Positions 35,801 to 48,989 are shown, numbered from the stretch's first letter. The stretch: DNA of 64,000 nucleotides from Selaginella moellendorffii (GCF_000143415.4 NW_003314306.1:776897-840896); one strand, 5' to 3'. The notes: generated by a model not told the origin, from the sequence alone. Numbers and translations: made by a program.

Positions 35801-37165
35801 ATGGCGACTGGTGGTGGCACTGATCGGCGAATCGTGCACGGTGTGCTCATCTTCACCCAGATCACATTCGGCATCACTTACGTTCTCAACAAGGTTGCTC
35901 TCAACAATGGCGTCAACAAGATCGTCTTCTCGGTCTACCGGGATATCGTGGCCATCTTGTTCTTGGCACCTCTTGCTTACTTCACCGAAAGGTATGAAAT
36001 CTATAGCTTCAATGTCTTGCGATAGTTTCAACCCACTCAAACATCAGGAATGAGAGGACCCAGCTCAATGCCAAACTTTTCAGCGCCGTGTTTCTTCTGG
36101 GATTCATCGGGTAATCTATGAGTTCTCCAGCGGTGAAAGTTCACGTTTCATTCTTCTTCGTTTTTTACCTTTCTATTTTCACAGGGTCTATGGTGCACAG
36201 CTTCTAGTGCTTACTGGACTCTCATTGACATCGTCTGGCTTTGTATCTATCATGCAAAGTGTAACTCCCGTGTGTGCTTTTCTCATTGCCATGGTTTTCA
36301 GGTACGTTACTTTTGTATGATCTTCTCAAAAAGCTTTCGATCTTGCCTACAGGCTGGAACACATTCGAGTCAAAAGGATAGACGGCCAGGCTAAACTCTT
36401 GGGAGTGATACTGTCGATCGCAGGAACTTTCATAGCCTCGGTCTTTAAAGGCCACGCAGTTGTTGGAGCAAGCAATGGTTTCACTTTAGATCTCTCGCCT
36501 TGGAACCTCGGTGCACTTGTCCTTGCTGCAAACAGCTTGTGCATTGGAGCTTACATAAATCTACAGGTTCGTAGTTCTTGCAAAGTTTGCGATCACTGGT
36601 ATCGATTGTTTTCTTCTTTTCGATAGGCGCCAATTCTCAAGCACTATCCAGCACCATTTTCATTGACAGCACTCTCGTACGTTTGTGGAATGGTCTGCCT
36701 AGCGGCCACAGGAGCGTTTACAGTAAATCTGTCGGTTTGGGGGATCACCAAGCTTGTAGATGTGATTGCTTTCACTTACGCGGTACGTAAGATCAGCTTT
36801 CTTCTTCATTGTTTGCCAGTTCGTGAATTTATCATCTCTTCTTTCTTGTTCAGGGAATCGTTTCTTCGGGCTTAAACTTCGCATTGCAGACGTGGTGCGT
36901 CCACAAAGTCGGGCCTTTCTTAGTTATCGCGTATTTTCCCCTCCAGGCCATTGTTGCAAGCTTCCTAGCATTCATATTCTTGAAAGACTCCCTCTTCCTT
37001 GGAAGGTAAAATAGACCACTTTGGAGGTTCTTACCTTTTCTTCTTTTCCCCAGCATTGTTGGCGGACTACTTATCGTATCAGGACTCTACCTTGTGACAT
37101 GGGGACAAGTCAAGCAAAAAAAGCTAGACGCTCGAGAAGAACCCACAGAACCTTTGATCGCCTAG
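35801..37165 (+). CDS. WAT1-related/UMAMIT (EamA, nodulin MtN21) transporter
   Basis: KVALNNGVNKIVFSVYRDIVA..LAPLAYFTE, GQAKLLGVILSIAG, LQTWCVHKVGP and GGLLIVSGLYLVTWG. Confidence 0.9.
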
Positions 37166-37344
37166 ATTTATATCACAGTTAACTCTGAAAGGATCCTGAC
37201 GAGGCATTCAGAACACCCGTTCTTTCATACCTGTGAATGAAAGAAACAGATGATCACGAACATTCAAGAAACAACATTCCTCACCTGGAAATCAATCTAG
37301 GGGTCTAGAGAGCACGAAAGAACTCTGAAACCAGTTCTTCTTTG

Positions 37345-38776
37345 TCATCTCTGGTTGAATCCCAAAGCAGCAGCGGCACCAAATCCCGATAGCTGTGCTC
37401 GGTGGCTCGACTTTGGGCTCTTGCTTCGCCTCAAGCGCTCTGGCACTGGCGACTTCGCTGATCCCAGCCGCAAAGAATCATATACGTCGCTGCTAGACTT
37501 CAGCTTGCCACGGTCCATCAGCCCCGTGCTTGACAAATCCTGGCTTGGAAACTCCACTCCTTTCCAGGCCACCGATCTCGCCGGCTTCAACAGTGGTTTC
37601 TTCGTGCCGGTCATCCAGTCGTAATGGTTGTCCATGCCTTGGAGCTCGGAGAATACCTGTGTCACCGAAGGAACGACTCTAACTTCGTCCTCTTGCAACA
37701 CCGATCTCCTCCGGAGTGGAATGGACGGCGTTGTGGGACGATCCCTGGCCTTGTCGTCACTCGAGCTCTCGGTGTATTTGGCAGAGACCGGAAGTGGAGC
37801 TGGCTCGATGTCTATGTCTGGTTCTGGTGTCTTGTTTACGCGGCGGCCGTGATATATCTCCTTGGCTCTTGGAGAATCGAGTAAGGCCACTGCGCAGGAC
37901 TTCTGGTTGCCTCGGATGCAATCGCAAACTCGGCTCTGGACCCTCATGTCATCCGGACATGAACTGTCAAAGTATGCGTTGTAGATCACAAACTGATTAG
38001 CCTGCGAGAGAAAAAAAAGCTCCGAGACAGAAAATATGAAAGCAGCAAACCTGAGGATAAAATCTTTTCAGGTTGTAATGCTTAGCGAGGAACGAGAGAA
38101 GTTTTTGTGATGGTCGATCGTAACTGAAACCGCAAAGTTCCATATCAGCTGCGGTTTAAACAAGGAGAAAAGCAAAAATTACCCGATCTGGTACGCAAGT
38201 TTCTTCGTATGAACAAGCATGGCGTCGAAAATCTGCCGACCAAGACCGATTCTGTTCTATGACCTTGTCAAAATTAGAAGAACAACTTAATCTCTGAACT
38301 GAGCCGAGAGAAAGAAAAAAGAAACGACGAGAGAAAGAGGAGAATACCTTTGGCACGAAACGTGGACATAGAAATCCAGCACGCACAATGGATTGATCTC
38401 CACGAGAGCACCGCACTCCTTCCGGATGAACAAGTTCTTCTGCCCAACTTTGAGCAGCCCCTTGACGAGGATCACGTCTTTGCTCGGCCCGCTGCTCGTG
38501 AGGAGGTATAGAGCCTGCGAACCCAGACGAATGCGCTCGTAGTCTGTGATGGGAACTTTCAACTTCTGTGCCTGCGCTGACAGCCTTCCCATATCGTCGA
38601 TCACTCTTCTCATATCTTCCTTCTCGGCAGGATTCAAGCGACCTGGACGAAGAGAGAAAACTGTTAAAAGTTGCCAAAGCGCTCTTCAAGTTACCAAGCT
38701 TTTGGCCGTCCCAAATCGTGACTCTAGCTCCTTGCGGTCCACTCTTTAAACAAGCGATGCAGTTCTGTGCCTCCAT
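37345..38776 (-). CDS. ATAT1: Alpha-tubulin K40 N-acetyltransferase (MEC-17/alphaTAT1) with a disordered C-terminal tail
   Basis: VIDDMGRLSAQAQKLKVPIT, GLLKVGQKNLF, PLCVLDFYVHVSCQR, YDRPSQKLLSFLAKHYNL and NQFVIY. Confidence 0.9.
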
Positions 38777-39279
38777 GCCAGGATCACCTCTTTAAGTTCC
38801 AGTTTGTTCCATGATAGCAGGGACGAAACACGTCGCGTGGAGAGCCCTAGAAGCTCTCATCGTCATCCCAAACAACTGAAAAAACAAAACAAAACCGTTA
38901 AAGTTAGTTACCTCCGCGTCCGAACTAAACAATACCTTTGCAGGTAATCGCGCAGTCCGGCAAATTATAGAAGTAGCTTTCGCGCAAGCTATGGTACAAA
39001 TCCACCACGCACATAAAAGCATTAACAATTAAATTTAACAATTTAGAAAATCCGTTAGAAGAATTAGGCTATGATACATACTCTACCTTTGAAGCCAGAG
39101 TTTCATGGTACCGCGCGTGAAAAAGAAAGGACAGGAGCTCGCAACAGCTTACATTTCTTTCTCTCATGGGGGCGATGCCATTGTGCGATATCATTCCTGT
39201 CGATAGAAATCTTCTGCCCTAAAATGTGATCACAAAAGATATGTTGAAGATTTAAGCGATGAGTGTTTAACATGATCAG

Positions 39280-39351
39280 ATCAGAGTGGCGCAGCGGAAG
39301 CGTGGTGGGCCCATAACCCACAGGTCGGAGGATCGAAACCTCTCTCTGATA
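39280..39351 (+). tRNA. trnM: Initiator tRNA-Met (CAT)
   Basis: ATCAGAGTGGCGCAGCGGAAGCGTGGTGGGCCCATAACCCACAGG...ATCGAAA...CTCTGATA, with an A1:U72 pair and initiator-type T-loop. Confidence 0.95.
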
Positions 39352-40204
39352 AACCGAACAATCTAAGTTTGGTAGTGGGTTTTGACCAATCTTCTGAGAT
39401 GGGTTTGTGGAATATAATTTTGGTTGATGTAACTACCTAGATTGTCGACGTCTGGGGTTTTGCGTCTACCAATCTTCTGAGAATTGCTTGGAGATGGGGT
39501 TGTCGACAGGAGCTTGCTTGGCCCTTTTCTGCTTCTTACTGTGCTGCCAAGCCTCAGGTATCATCACCCCATTCCTCGCAGAGTTTCATACTCGCCGTCA
39601 ATGCACGATCGCAGGGGCCGATGAGGAGACTCTTCCAAGTTAAAGCTCGTAAGTTCTTCTTCTCCTGTCTTGGTCTCTTGCTTCGATCCCTGCTAAGCTC
39701 TCCACTTTCGTTTTATCGATGGCTTTCCACTTTACTTGGAGGCTCTTCTCCCAGTTCCATAATAACTTTCTCGGTTTAACTGAGCCGTTGGGGGTTAAGG
39801 CTTAACTAAACCCCTTATGTAGAAGAGAGACGCAATATTTTTCAAGTGATCAACCCTGGGAAGACTGGCCAGCCCAGGGACCTGAGGGATAGTCTTGTAG
39901 AGCCGATCCCGGGTTCGAACCCACCCGAAGAAGAGGGACCCTCAAATAAAACAAACTGATCACTCCTTTTATTTTCCCAAGCATGTCGGGGCACGGATTC
40001 GAACACATCACTCTTTCGTACTTGGCCGAATTTGGTGCTTCGCATTGTTTGATCTACACGTCCTGAAAGAACTGCCGACGAGGATCTCTCAAGCTTGCGA
40101 TGGTGGCGCGCTTCGCACTTCAAATCACTCCGCAAACTTTAATACATCAGAGAGAAACTGGACACTTGTTCTAGCCTTGGCGGATTCTGTGTAGGGAGAC
40201 GAAC

Positions 40205-40850
40205 ATGTTCCATGTTTTCAAGGATGGGAGGTGCTGCTGCGGCTGTTCTATCCAGGAGATCATGCAAGTCGCTCTGTGACAGTCGTCGCAAGTTCTCAGT
40301 TTCTGCACGATTTATCCCCGATGTAGTGTTGATAACAGCACAGAAGATTCCTTACCTGCCTCGAGCTCCTCCTTTGCAATCTCTTCGGGTGTCTTTAGCC
40401 TATCCGAAGTCTGTGCGTGTATTTCAAATGCCATCTCCATCAGCTTGTCGAGTCAACGTTAGCACAAATATATAAAAGCAAAGTATTGCAGGGAAGTCTG
40501 CCAAGTACCTACTCAGTATCTTGCGAGTGGATCGAGCTTTGGGGAGAGACGCGACCTTTACAAGTCTTCCATCCGCTTTCTTCTTTCCCGGCCAAGCGAA
40601 TGCAAGCTTTGAGAGCAGCGATGTGGCTTCCGTCTGGAGCACCGTCCGTGAGGCTCCGGTACATGATCTCAATCACATTTATTCACCAAGTCCTGCAAAA
40701 CACCGAAGTAAGAATCACACAGAGATTTCCAAGTGACAATAGCCACGGTCGCTCCTCTCTCACTTTACCACTTTCTAGTACAACCCCATCACCAAGTCCT
40801 GCAAAACACCAAAGTATATACAAAGACTTCCTCTGCCTGGAATAACGTAA
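40205..40850 (-). pseudogene. Mosaic of collapsed fragments of the adjacent PPR-DYW gene and inverted 3' exons of the CCAR1 gene
   Basis: 40247-40300 matches 41046-41100 and 40545-40635 matches 43045-43145. The reverse complement of 40645-40850 matches 48070-48270. Confidence 0.75.
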
Positions 40851-40963
40851 GCTTAAACAAAGACAACGAGGAAACTTACCAAGCCTCCAAACAGTCGTCG
40901 ACGAAGGGGTGGCGCGTTTCGCATTTCCAATCACTCCTCGAAACAGCAACACCTACGCTTCTT

Positions 40964-43629
40964 CTACCAGTAGCCTCCACAGCAGCACCTCCCATCCTCG
41001 AAAACATGGAACCTGTTCGTCTCCCTGCACAGAATCCGCCGCTCTTCTATCCGGGAGATCATGCAAGTCGCCCTGTGGCAGTCGTCGCAAGTTCTCAGGT
41101 TCTTCACGATCCGGACTGTCGCCCCCGGCGCAGTGTTGATAAGAGCACAGGCGATGGCGAGCCTCTCGCTATGCCCGCACAGGACATCCTCCTTGTCCTC
41201 GTCGGACGTGCTTCGCAGCACACTCCCCACGTCCGCGACGTATCCTTGCTCTTTCATGGCCACCAGGAGATCGTCCAGCTTCGCCCGGATCTCGTCAATC
41301 TGTGCGTGGCTAGAATCACCAGCCGAGAACTTATGCACCACTCCCGCGCTGTCCGTCCACCAGCTGCGACCCTGTCCAGGCTTTCTCCAAGCTCCAGCAC
41401 TGATCCTCATTGTCTCGATCCTGGCGTGCTCCTCCCACATTCCCAGGCTCCAGTATATCTGTTCCATCAGGATATAGACTCCAAACTCGGAGTCGTCCAG
41501 CTTCAGTAGATTCGCGAAAGCGAGCTCGCCAAGCACCACATTCTTCCACTTCCGGCAAGCACCGAGGACCGTCCTCCATGTCACCGCAGTCGGCTCGAAA
41601 GGCATCGATCGTATGAGTTGCACGGCAGCGTCCAGCTGGTTGGCACGGCAAAGTATGTCGAGCATGCAGTGGTGGTGCTCGAAGCCGGGAGAGACGCCAT
41701 ATCTGGAAGCCATCGAGCTGAAGAGACCCCGGCCTTTGCCCACGAGGCCGGCATAGCTGCAAACCGCGAGCACGCACAGCAAAGTCACGCTGTCCGCCTT
41801 GAAGCCTTCGTCCAGTATCTCGTGAAAGAGATGGAACACCTGGCTTGCCTCGCCTTGGCGGCTGTATCCTGCTATAAGCGTCGTCCATAGCACAATGTCC
41901 TTGGCGATGGAAACGTCGAAGACTCGTTGAGCAGCGTCCAGGCTCCCGCATCTCGCCAATGCGTCGACCATGGTGTTGGATAGAATCACGTCATTCTCGT
42001 AGCCACCTCTACAGACTTCACCATAGATGACCTTCGCGTTCTCGAGTGCCAAAACGCTGCCGCATGCTTTCAACACGGCCGCAAAGGTCCGAGCGTCGGG
42101 CTCGCATCCTCGAGGTCTCATACGCCGGAAGAGCTCCAAAGCCATCTCGCCTTCACCGTTCTCGGCGTATCCCAGCAGTAGCGTTGTCCACGAGACTGAT
42201 GTCTGGGAGGGAATGCTGTCGAAGACACGGTGAGCATCGGCCAAACTCCCACACTTCGCGTACAAGTCCACCAGCGTGTTGATGAAGAAGTAGTCTGCGC
42301 AGCCGCTTCCCTCGGCCTGCGAGTGAATCCGCATCCCCTTCTTCAGGCACTCGAGCTTCACAAGCTTCCCGTCGACTAGCTCGCCTTGCTCTTTCGCAGC
42401 CAGCTCGTTGATAGCATTTAGCGCCGCAACGAAAGTCCTGGCGTCTGGTGCGCAAGCTTCCGGCCTCATGCTCGAGTAAACCGCTAGAGCCATTTCACCA
42501 TCGCCATTCTCGACGTATCCCAGTATCAGCGACGTCCAGGAAACCACGCTGTGGCACGACATCCGGGAAAACACGCGGTGAGCGTCGGCCATGCTTCCAC
42601 ACTTGGAGTACATGTCCACAAGTGAGTTTGAGACGAACGTGTGTGTGTCACAGCCGAGCTTGGACGCTTCGCGGTGCACGGCCATTCCCTTTTCAAGTGA
42701 TTCCAGCTTCACCATCTTTCCAGTGACCAGCCTCCCTTGTTCTTTCGCTGCCAGCGTCATGCAAGCCTTGAGCGCCGCGACGCAAGTGAGGGCGTTTGGC
42801 TGGCAGCACTGCGCGATCATCCGGAAGAAATGCTCGAGAGCCACATCTCCTTCCCCGTTCTCAGCGTAGCCCAGTATCAAAGTCGTCCAGGACACCACGT
42901 CGTGGTGAGACATCCTGGAGAAGATCCTGCTAGCTTCTGTCATGTGGCCACACTTCGCGTAGAAATCCACGAGCGTGCTCGCGACGAAGATATCCGACTC
43001 CCAGCCGGCCTTGGAAGCCTGCGTGTGGATCGCGATCCCTTTGCCGAGAGACGCGATCTTCACAAGTCTTCCATCTGCTTGAGCGGTCCCTTCCTCTTTC
43101 CCGGCCAAGCGGATGCAAGCTTTGAGAGCAGCGATGTAGCTTCCACCGTTTGGAGAGCAGCCGCTAGACTCCATCCTCGAGAAGAGCTTGAGAGCAGCGT
43201 CTTCTTCTCCCTGTGACGCATAGCCCAGTAGCAGGGAGTTCCAGGAGACCACGTCTCGCGACTGGATCCTATCGAACACCCGGCGAGCCTCCACCAAGCT
43301 CCCACACTTGGCGTACATGTTTACCAGGCTGTTTGCCACGAAAACGTTGGAATCGTAGCCCCTTTCCATGGCCTGCGCGTGAACTCTCTTCCCCCTCTCC
43401 AGATTCTTGGCGCTCGCGCACGATCGCAATGCCGCCAGCACCGAGAAGACGCTGCTCGCTTCCGCCTTGTCGTGCCGAGAGCCAACCACGATTTCACATA
43501 CCGCGGCATTCTGCAAGAAAAATCGCTCGGATCGAATCTCGGACCGGAAATCCTCACACTTACATGATAGAATCGCAATGCGATCCAGCGCCAGCTCCTG
43601 CGTGATGAGCGCCTGGAGAGATAGCGCAT
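40964..43629 (-). CDS. PLS-DYW PPR RNA-editing factor, with exon 1 encoding a likely mitochondrial presequence
   Basis: HSERLA...KNLRTCDDCH...CCCGGYW. MRYLSRRSSRRSWRWIALRFYH|GTAAGT..TTGCAG|NAAVC splices in frame. Confidence 0.92.
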
Positions 43630-43794
43630 TTCGCGCGAGATAGAAACGAAACAAACGTTTCCTCCATAGCCACGAAGAGCCCTAGATTTGGTGCGAATAT
43701 CCTCTAGCTATCCAACGGCGAGGATGGGGTCCATATAATCTTCTTTCTCCCTGCATGGTTAGGGCTAGGTTTAGGGTTTGCTGAGAGGGATCCG

Positions 43795-46700
43795 ATGGAT
43801 CAGTGGAATTTGCGCACGGCCGCGGCTCACTTCGGCCACTTGACGCAACAGGTTTGTGTTCTCGCGATTCTCAGCTGGAATTTCCATCATGTTTCTCTCT
43901 CGAATCCTATAGAGCGCGCAGAGTGGCTCGGCGCAATACTCGTACACCTCGGGCGCTTACGCGGGGCAGCAGCAGCCACAGCAACAGCAGCAGCAGCAGC
44001 AAGCACCATCGTCTGGCAGCGCTGCTTACAATCAAGCGTACCTCCAGCAGGTAAATTCCCCCAAAATCTCGCCAAATTCGCTTGGTTTTTTCTTGGCCTT
44101 CCCATTGTTCTTGGCCTTTTCTTTCCTTCTTCTCGGCTCTTAATGGCTTGGTTTTCCAGGTAGCACAAGCCGGCTATAACACTTCCTCCTACGGAGGCCA
44201 GCAATTGTGGTCGACGAGACAAGCCCAAGGCCAGCAAGCGGACCAGCAATCGCAAGCCGCCTATGGAAGTCGCGTCGGAGGCGTCGCCCAAGTCCCCTCA
44301 AGCGGCACCGCGTCGGCAAATCAGTACGCTGGTCAATACTATGGAGTGTCGCAGCAACAGGTAACTCCATCCTTGACGCTCCATGCATGGTCTTGTCTGT
44401 GGCTTGGCATCACTGCACGGTGTTCTTCCGGAATACTACATGCTTTGGTAGTCAAGCTCACAACTTTGCGTCCTTTGTGTTGGAAGTTTGGCGTTAAACA
44501 TTGTAAACCGATTCTCAGCCGCATCCCGTTGCCTTTGCTTCCCACCGTTTGGTTTTCTTTTCTGCTCGTTTGTCCTTGCTTTTTCTATTTTTTCGTCTTC
44601 GTGTTGCTGATCAAGAGACTTGGTGGCCTCTGTGGGGGCAGCTTCTGGGAGTAGCTTCCAAGGCGTCGGACTACCAGGCCTCGGGAGGAGCGGCTTCCAG
44701 GACGTCAAGTGCTTACGGCAATGGCGGTCAAGATAGGCCTGTTAGTGGAACCTCTTATGTTGGCGGCGGCGGAGGTGGCGGTGGCGGCGTCTCGTCAGTG
44801 AGCGTCTCGGGAGTCTATGGCGGCGCCGCTGACTCCGCCAAGTATCTCTCGGGTGGCGGCGGTGGCGGCGGTGGTGGTGGCGGATATGGGACGTCAGCAG
44901 GCAACCAGTACGGTGGCCAGAAATCTTCGAGCGATCAGTACGCTACGACCGCCGCGGCGTATCAGGGCGTCAAGTCGTCCGACTATGCGAGCCAGTTCTA
45001 CGAGCAGTTCCAACAAGGTGATTCAAACAAGGATCAACTTGAAAGTTTTTTTCTCCGGTTTACGTGTGGTTCCTACTCGTTTTCTTCTATTTCTTCTCCT
45101 TTTTTTTCTTTCTTGAGACTTGAGACCTCTAACTTGGTAGTGCAGTTGCTCGAGCCGCGGCTGCCACTGGAGGATATGGAAGCAGCGGGACCGGTGATGC
45201 GTCGGGTCTGCTCGCCAGCTTAGGTGGTGCTGTGGCGGCGATGCCGGGAGGGAACTTATCGGGCCAGCAAGCCAGTAGCGCGTATGGTTCTCTGTCCGGG
45301 AGCCGAGGACTCAACACCCCGCAAGTATACCCGGCCAGCCCGACTATCGGCTATGGAGGTGTGAGCTTACCACCCGGCAGAGACTATGGAACTGGCAGAA
45401 TCTCGACAGGGGGCTCCATGTTCCAACGTGAAGGAAGCTACGGTCGGTCCGAGAGGCCGAGCATTGGGAGCAGTAGATTCGACGATCGGTCGCGGGACCA
45501 TGAGAGAGACGTGGAGCGCGAGCGGGAACGAGAAAGGGAACGAGAACGCGATCGCGAGCGTGAAAGGGAGCAGCGGGAGCGAGAACGGAGGGAGAGGGAG
45601 CGGGAAAGGGAGCGGAGGGAGGAAGAGAGGCGAAGAGAACGAGCGAGTCCACCGCCTCCGCGAGCGAGGAGGGAGTCATCGCCATCGAGGAGGGACGACA
45701 AGAGTAGAAGAGAGTCTCCTCGTCGAGAGTCGGGTTCTCATAGGTACTACTACTGCTACTACTGCTGGCTTGCTTTGCATGGCTCATTGTCCTTGTTCTA
45801 CTCACAAGTTTGCTTTTTCTTCTTTGGTTTTGCTAATGTTTTTTCCAGGCATTCTTCTCCGTCCAAGGACAAGAGACGGGAGTACCTGTGTAGAGTAAGA
45901 TGGTTGATTGATTTATGACTTTGGGATCTAAGATTGTTCCTTTCCAGATCGACAGCAACAACGTGCTTGAAGCTGAGCGAGACTATAACTCGATCACTAA
46001 GCGCTACACGAGGCTGTCCGTCGTGCCAGAGTTTTCTAAGGTTTATTTCTATCTTTCTTCTAGACTGGTGTGATAATATGTTTTGATGTTGTTTTTAGCT
46101 AGTTCTGTCTTGGATGGGGAAGGAGGACAAGATTCTCATCGAGAGGCCTATCAGGTTTGTCTTGCTTGTGCTTTACGTGGAGTAACTTTCTATGTTTTGA
46201 CAGCTTTGAGCACGATTGTATTGATGTGGAAGAGGAGGCTGAGACGAAAGAAACCACGAAATCTAGCGATAAGATTCAAAAAGGATCCACCGTGTGGAAT
46301 GTGAAGGTGATACATGAATACTTTTTAGTTTTTGTCCTCCACGCGTAATGGTTCTTTTGTTCCTGCAACACAGGTGATGCTCATGAGTGGTTTAACAGAA
46401 GAATATGTCGCAGACCTCCTTTCGGACAAGCCTAGTGACAAGCCTACAAGCTTCCAAAAGATGCTGAAGTTTGTGGCCTTGCGGAAAGATCGAAATGCGA
46501 TTATGGCCGCTGGTACGCGGTGGGATAAGTCTCTCGATGGTGGCGATCCAACTGTGGATGATAGCGGTCTAATTAGAGCTGCCGTGAGAAGTTTGAAAGA
46601 ACTGATCCAGCTCGACTTGTCCGAGTGCAAAGATTGGTTTCGCTTTGCTGAGGTACGCACGAGTTATTTTCTTTTTTACTTCTCTTTCTTGAGTATGTTC

Positions 46701-48297
46701 CTTCTTCAGGTACATTATGAAAGAGTGGACGAAGATGGCTTTCCAAGTCACAGAGAGATCAGTGTCATTTTCTTCCCTGATATGTCCTCGTGCGTTCCAT
46801 CTTTTGAGAATTGGTGCTTGCAATGGAATCAGAGAAAGCAGGCTAAGCTTGAGAGAGAAGGACAAAGCAAGAAGGTATTAATTTCTATGCTGATAATGTC
46901 ACTTATTCTTTTTTCTTTTTTTTTTGTGTGTGTAGGAGGTCAAGCCGAGCGAAAAGAAAGACGCAGCTGAGAAAGAAAGTAAGTTCATTTCAACATGCTT
47001 TTAAAGAACATAACGCTGGCGTATGTGAGCAGGCATAAGCGAGGGGACCCCAGAGACAGACGTGAACAATGGCGAGCCTGTTGCTGCTAAAGAGGAAGAA
47101 AAGAAAGAGAAGGAAGAGAAAAAGGAGAAAGATCCGCCCAAAGATAGCGAGGTTAAGAAGGATGAAGCTCCAGAGCACCCAGGATTCTTATTGATGACGA
47201 AGCGCACTAAAGCCAGCAAGGTTTCTTCGTTTTTCCTACTCATTTTGTGCGACTTACAAGGGTTATTATACAGTTACGTTCCATGACAATTTCTCTGGAC
47301 GGGCTTCTTGACTACGACGAGAATGACAAGGACGAATGCACATTTGAGGTATGCTGTTTGTGCTTCATTGCTACATGCTACAATTGTTGTTGCAGCTGTC
47401 ACTATTCGCTGAGGCGTTTGCGGAGATGATCCAGTTTAGAAAAGGAAGCCAGATTCTAGCCAGCTTGGAAGTAAGAGTCCTAGAAACTTTCCCTAAAATG
47501 TTTTTGAGCTTTGTTGGTCTCTTTCAGAACTTGCGTAGGACTAGCCATACTCGTAGAAAGGAAGAGAAGAAGCGTAGCCGGCAAACAGAATCTGGAAACG
47601 ACGCGAAACGGGTCAAGATGGAGCAAACCGCAAAGGCTGCAGAAGAAACTCCCAAAACAGAGGAAGAGAAGCAACCCGTGGCCGACGCTATGGAGGAAAC
47701 TCTCAAACCGGAAAAGGAGAACGAAGACACTGAAAGCGAGGCAAGGGCCGTCACTCCTCCAACCTCTGAAGCCAAAGAAGCCAAGGAGACGAAAGAAGTA
47801 AATGAAGGAGAACAAGACGAGAAGAAAGAGAAGAACGGCAGCGGTAAGAAGGACAAGGACAAGGATCCCAGCAGCAAAAAGGAGAAGAAAGTGGTGGTGG
47901 ACAAAGAGTTACTCAAGGTGAGCGCTTTGCTTCCTCGTCAAAGATTTCACATTCCCGACCTGTGTCTTGTTCACAGGCGTACAGATACTTCGACCGGAAC
48001 AAAGTTGGCTATCTAAAGGTATGCTTCCTCTCTCGCTCTCTTCTTTTTTTTTGTTCCAGTCTTGAGCTCGCGTTATTCCAGGCAGAGGATCTTAGAAAGC
48101 TGCTACATTCACTGGGGAAATTCCTGTCGCAGAGAAACGTTAAGGTAGTCTCTGTATTATTGCAGCGTCTGTGTGATTTTTACTTTGGTGTTTTGCAGGA
48201 CTTGGTGAATGGAGCTGTGCTAGAAAGTGGTAAAGCAAGAGATGAGAAAGTCATGTACCGGAGCCTTACGGACAAAGAAGCGGTGGCTTCGTCTTAG
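43795..48297 (+). CDS. CCAR1: CCAR1-like protein (Arabidopsis RSA1/EMB1579 homologue): Q/G/S/Y-rich N-terminus, RE repeats, DBC1 domain and EF-hand
   Basis: VMLMSGL, SLDGGDP...LIRAAVR, WFRFAEVHYER, ISLDGLLDY...TFELSLFAE and AYRYFDRNKVGYLK. Confidence 0.88.
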
Positions 48298-48349
48298 GTG
48301 ATTCTGTTATAGGGTGATCGATTGCAGATTATCCTTCCAGGAAATCCCG

Positions 48350-48370
48350 AAACCCTAAACCCTAAACCCT
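48350..48370 (+). repeat. (AAACCCT)3 telomere-type/telo-box repeat
   Basis: Seen directly, ~50 bp after the CCAR1 stop codon. Confidence 0.85.
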
Positions 48371-48989
48371 CACACGGATTAGGGCTTTCCTGTAGCATAG
48401 AAGAAACGATTGCTATCCAAAATACCTTCAGAAGTCGTGGACCACACTAGTTTGCGGTTTCTCCCGCGTTGGAGATGTTAAATCTGCCGAGGAGTGCTTC
48501 AAGGGAATGCCATTTCGGAACTTGGTTTTGTGGAACTTTTAGATTTAAATTTGTGATGCCATATGTTAATATTAGCATAGTAGGTTTTTAGTAGCCATTA
48601 AATTGGTTTTAGTAGATGCACATTTTTTATATTTCTTTTCTATATTCCATGAGTTTTTTCCATTTCATTTATTTTGTTCTTTTCTTTTGGGATTTTGGTT
48701 TAAATATAATTTTTGCATTGTTTAGATCTCCCTTTCCTTTTAGTTTTTTTCATTTCTTTTTTTTTTGCTTTTTTTATTATGCTATGTGATTGCAATTAAA
48801 TAATCAAACTTAGTTAATGGTAATATTCACAACACGTGGTACTAGTCTGTCTCCTCAATGTATGTCACTACATACTCATCTGTGGCTTGTAAACATCCCT
48901 GGACACAAAAAACCGCAATGTGAGCAAACACTCGCACTGTAAACATGAGAAATCACCTGATGAAAATAGAACAAGATCTCATTTCCATA

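Noticed and set aside
25086-38776. Ciliary gene cluster (MAK-like kinase plus alphaTAT1)
   Set aside because: MHK-type kinases also occur in non-flagellate plants, and several unrelated genes lie between the two.
28830-43643. Many antisense ORFs over the PPR and LOV genes
   Set aside because: They are shadow ORFs of GC-rich coding sequence.
48300-48545. (AAACCCT)3 as a telomerase RNA template
   Set aside because: It lies ~50 bp after a stop codon, there is no visible USE/TATA Pol III promoter, and three full repeats are longer than a template. A telo-box or interstitial repeat is more likely.
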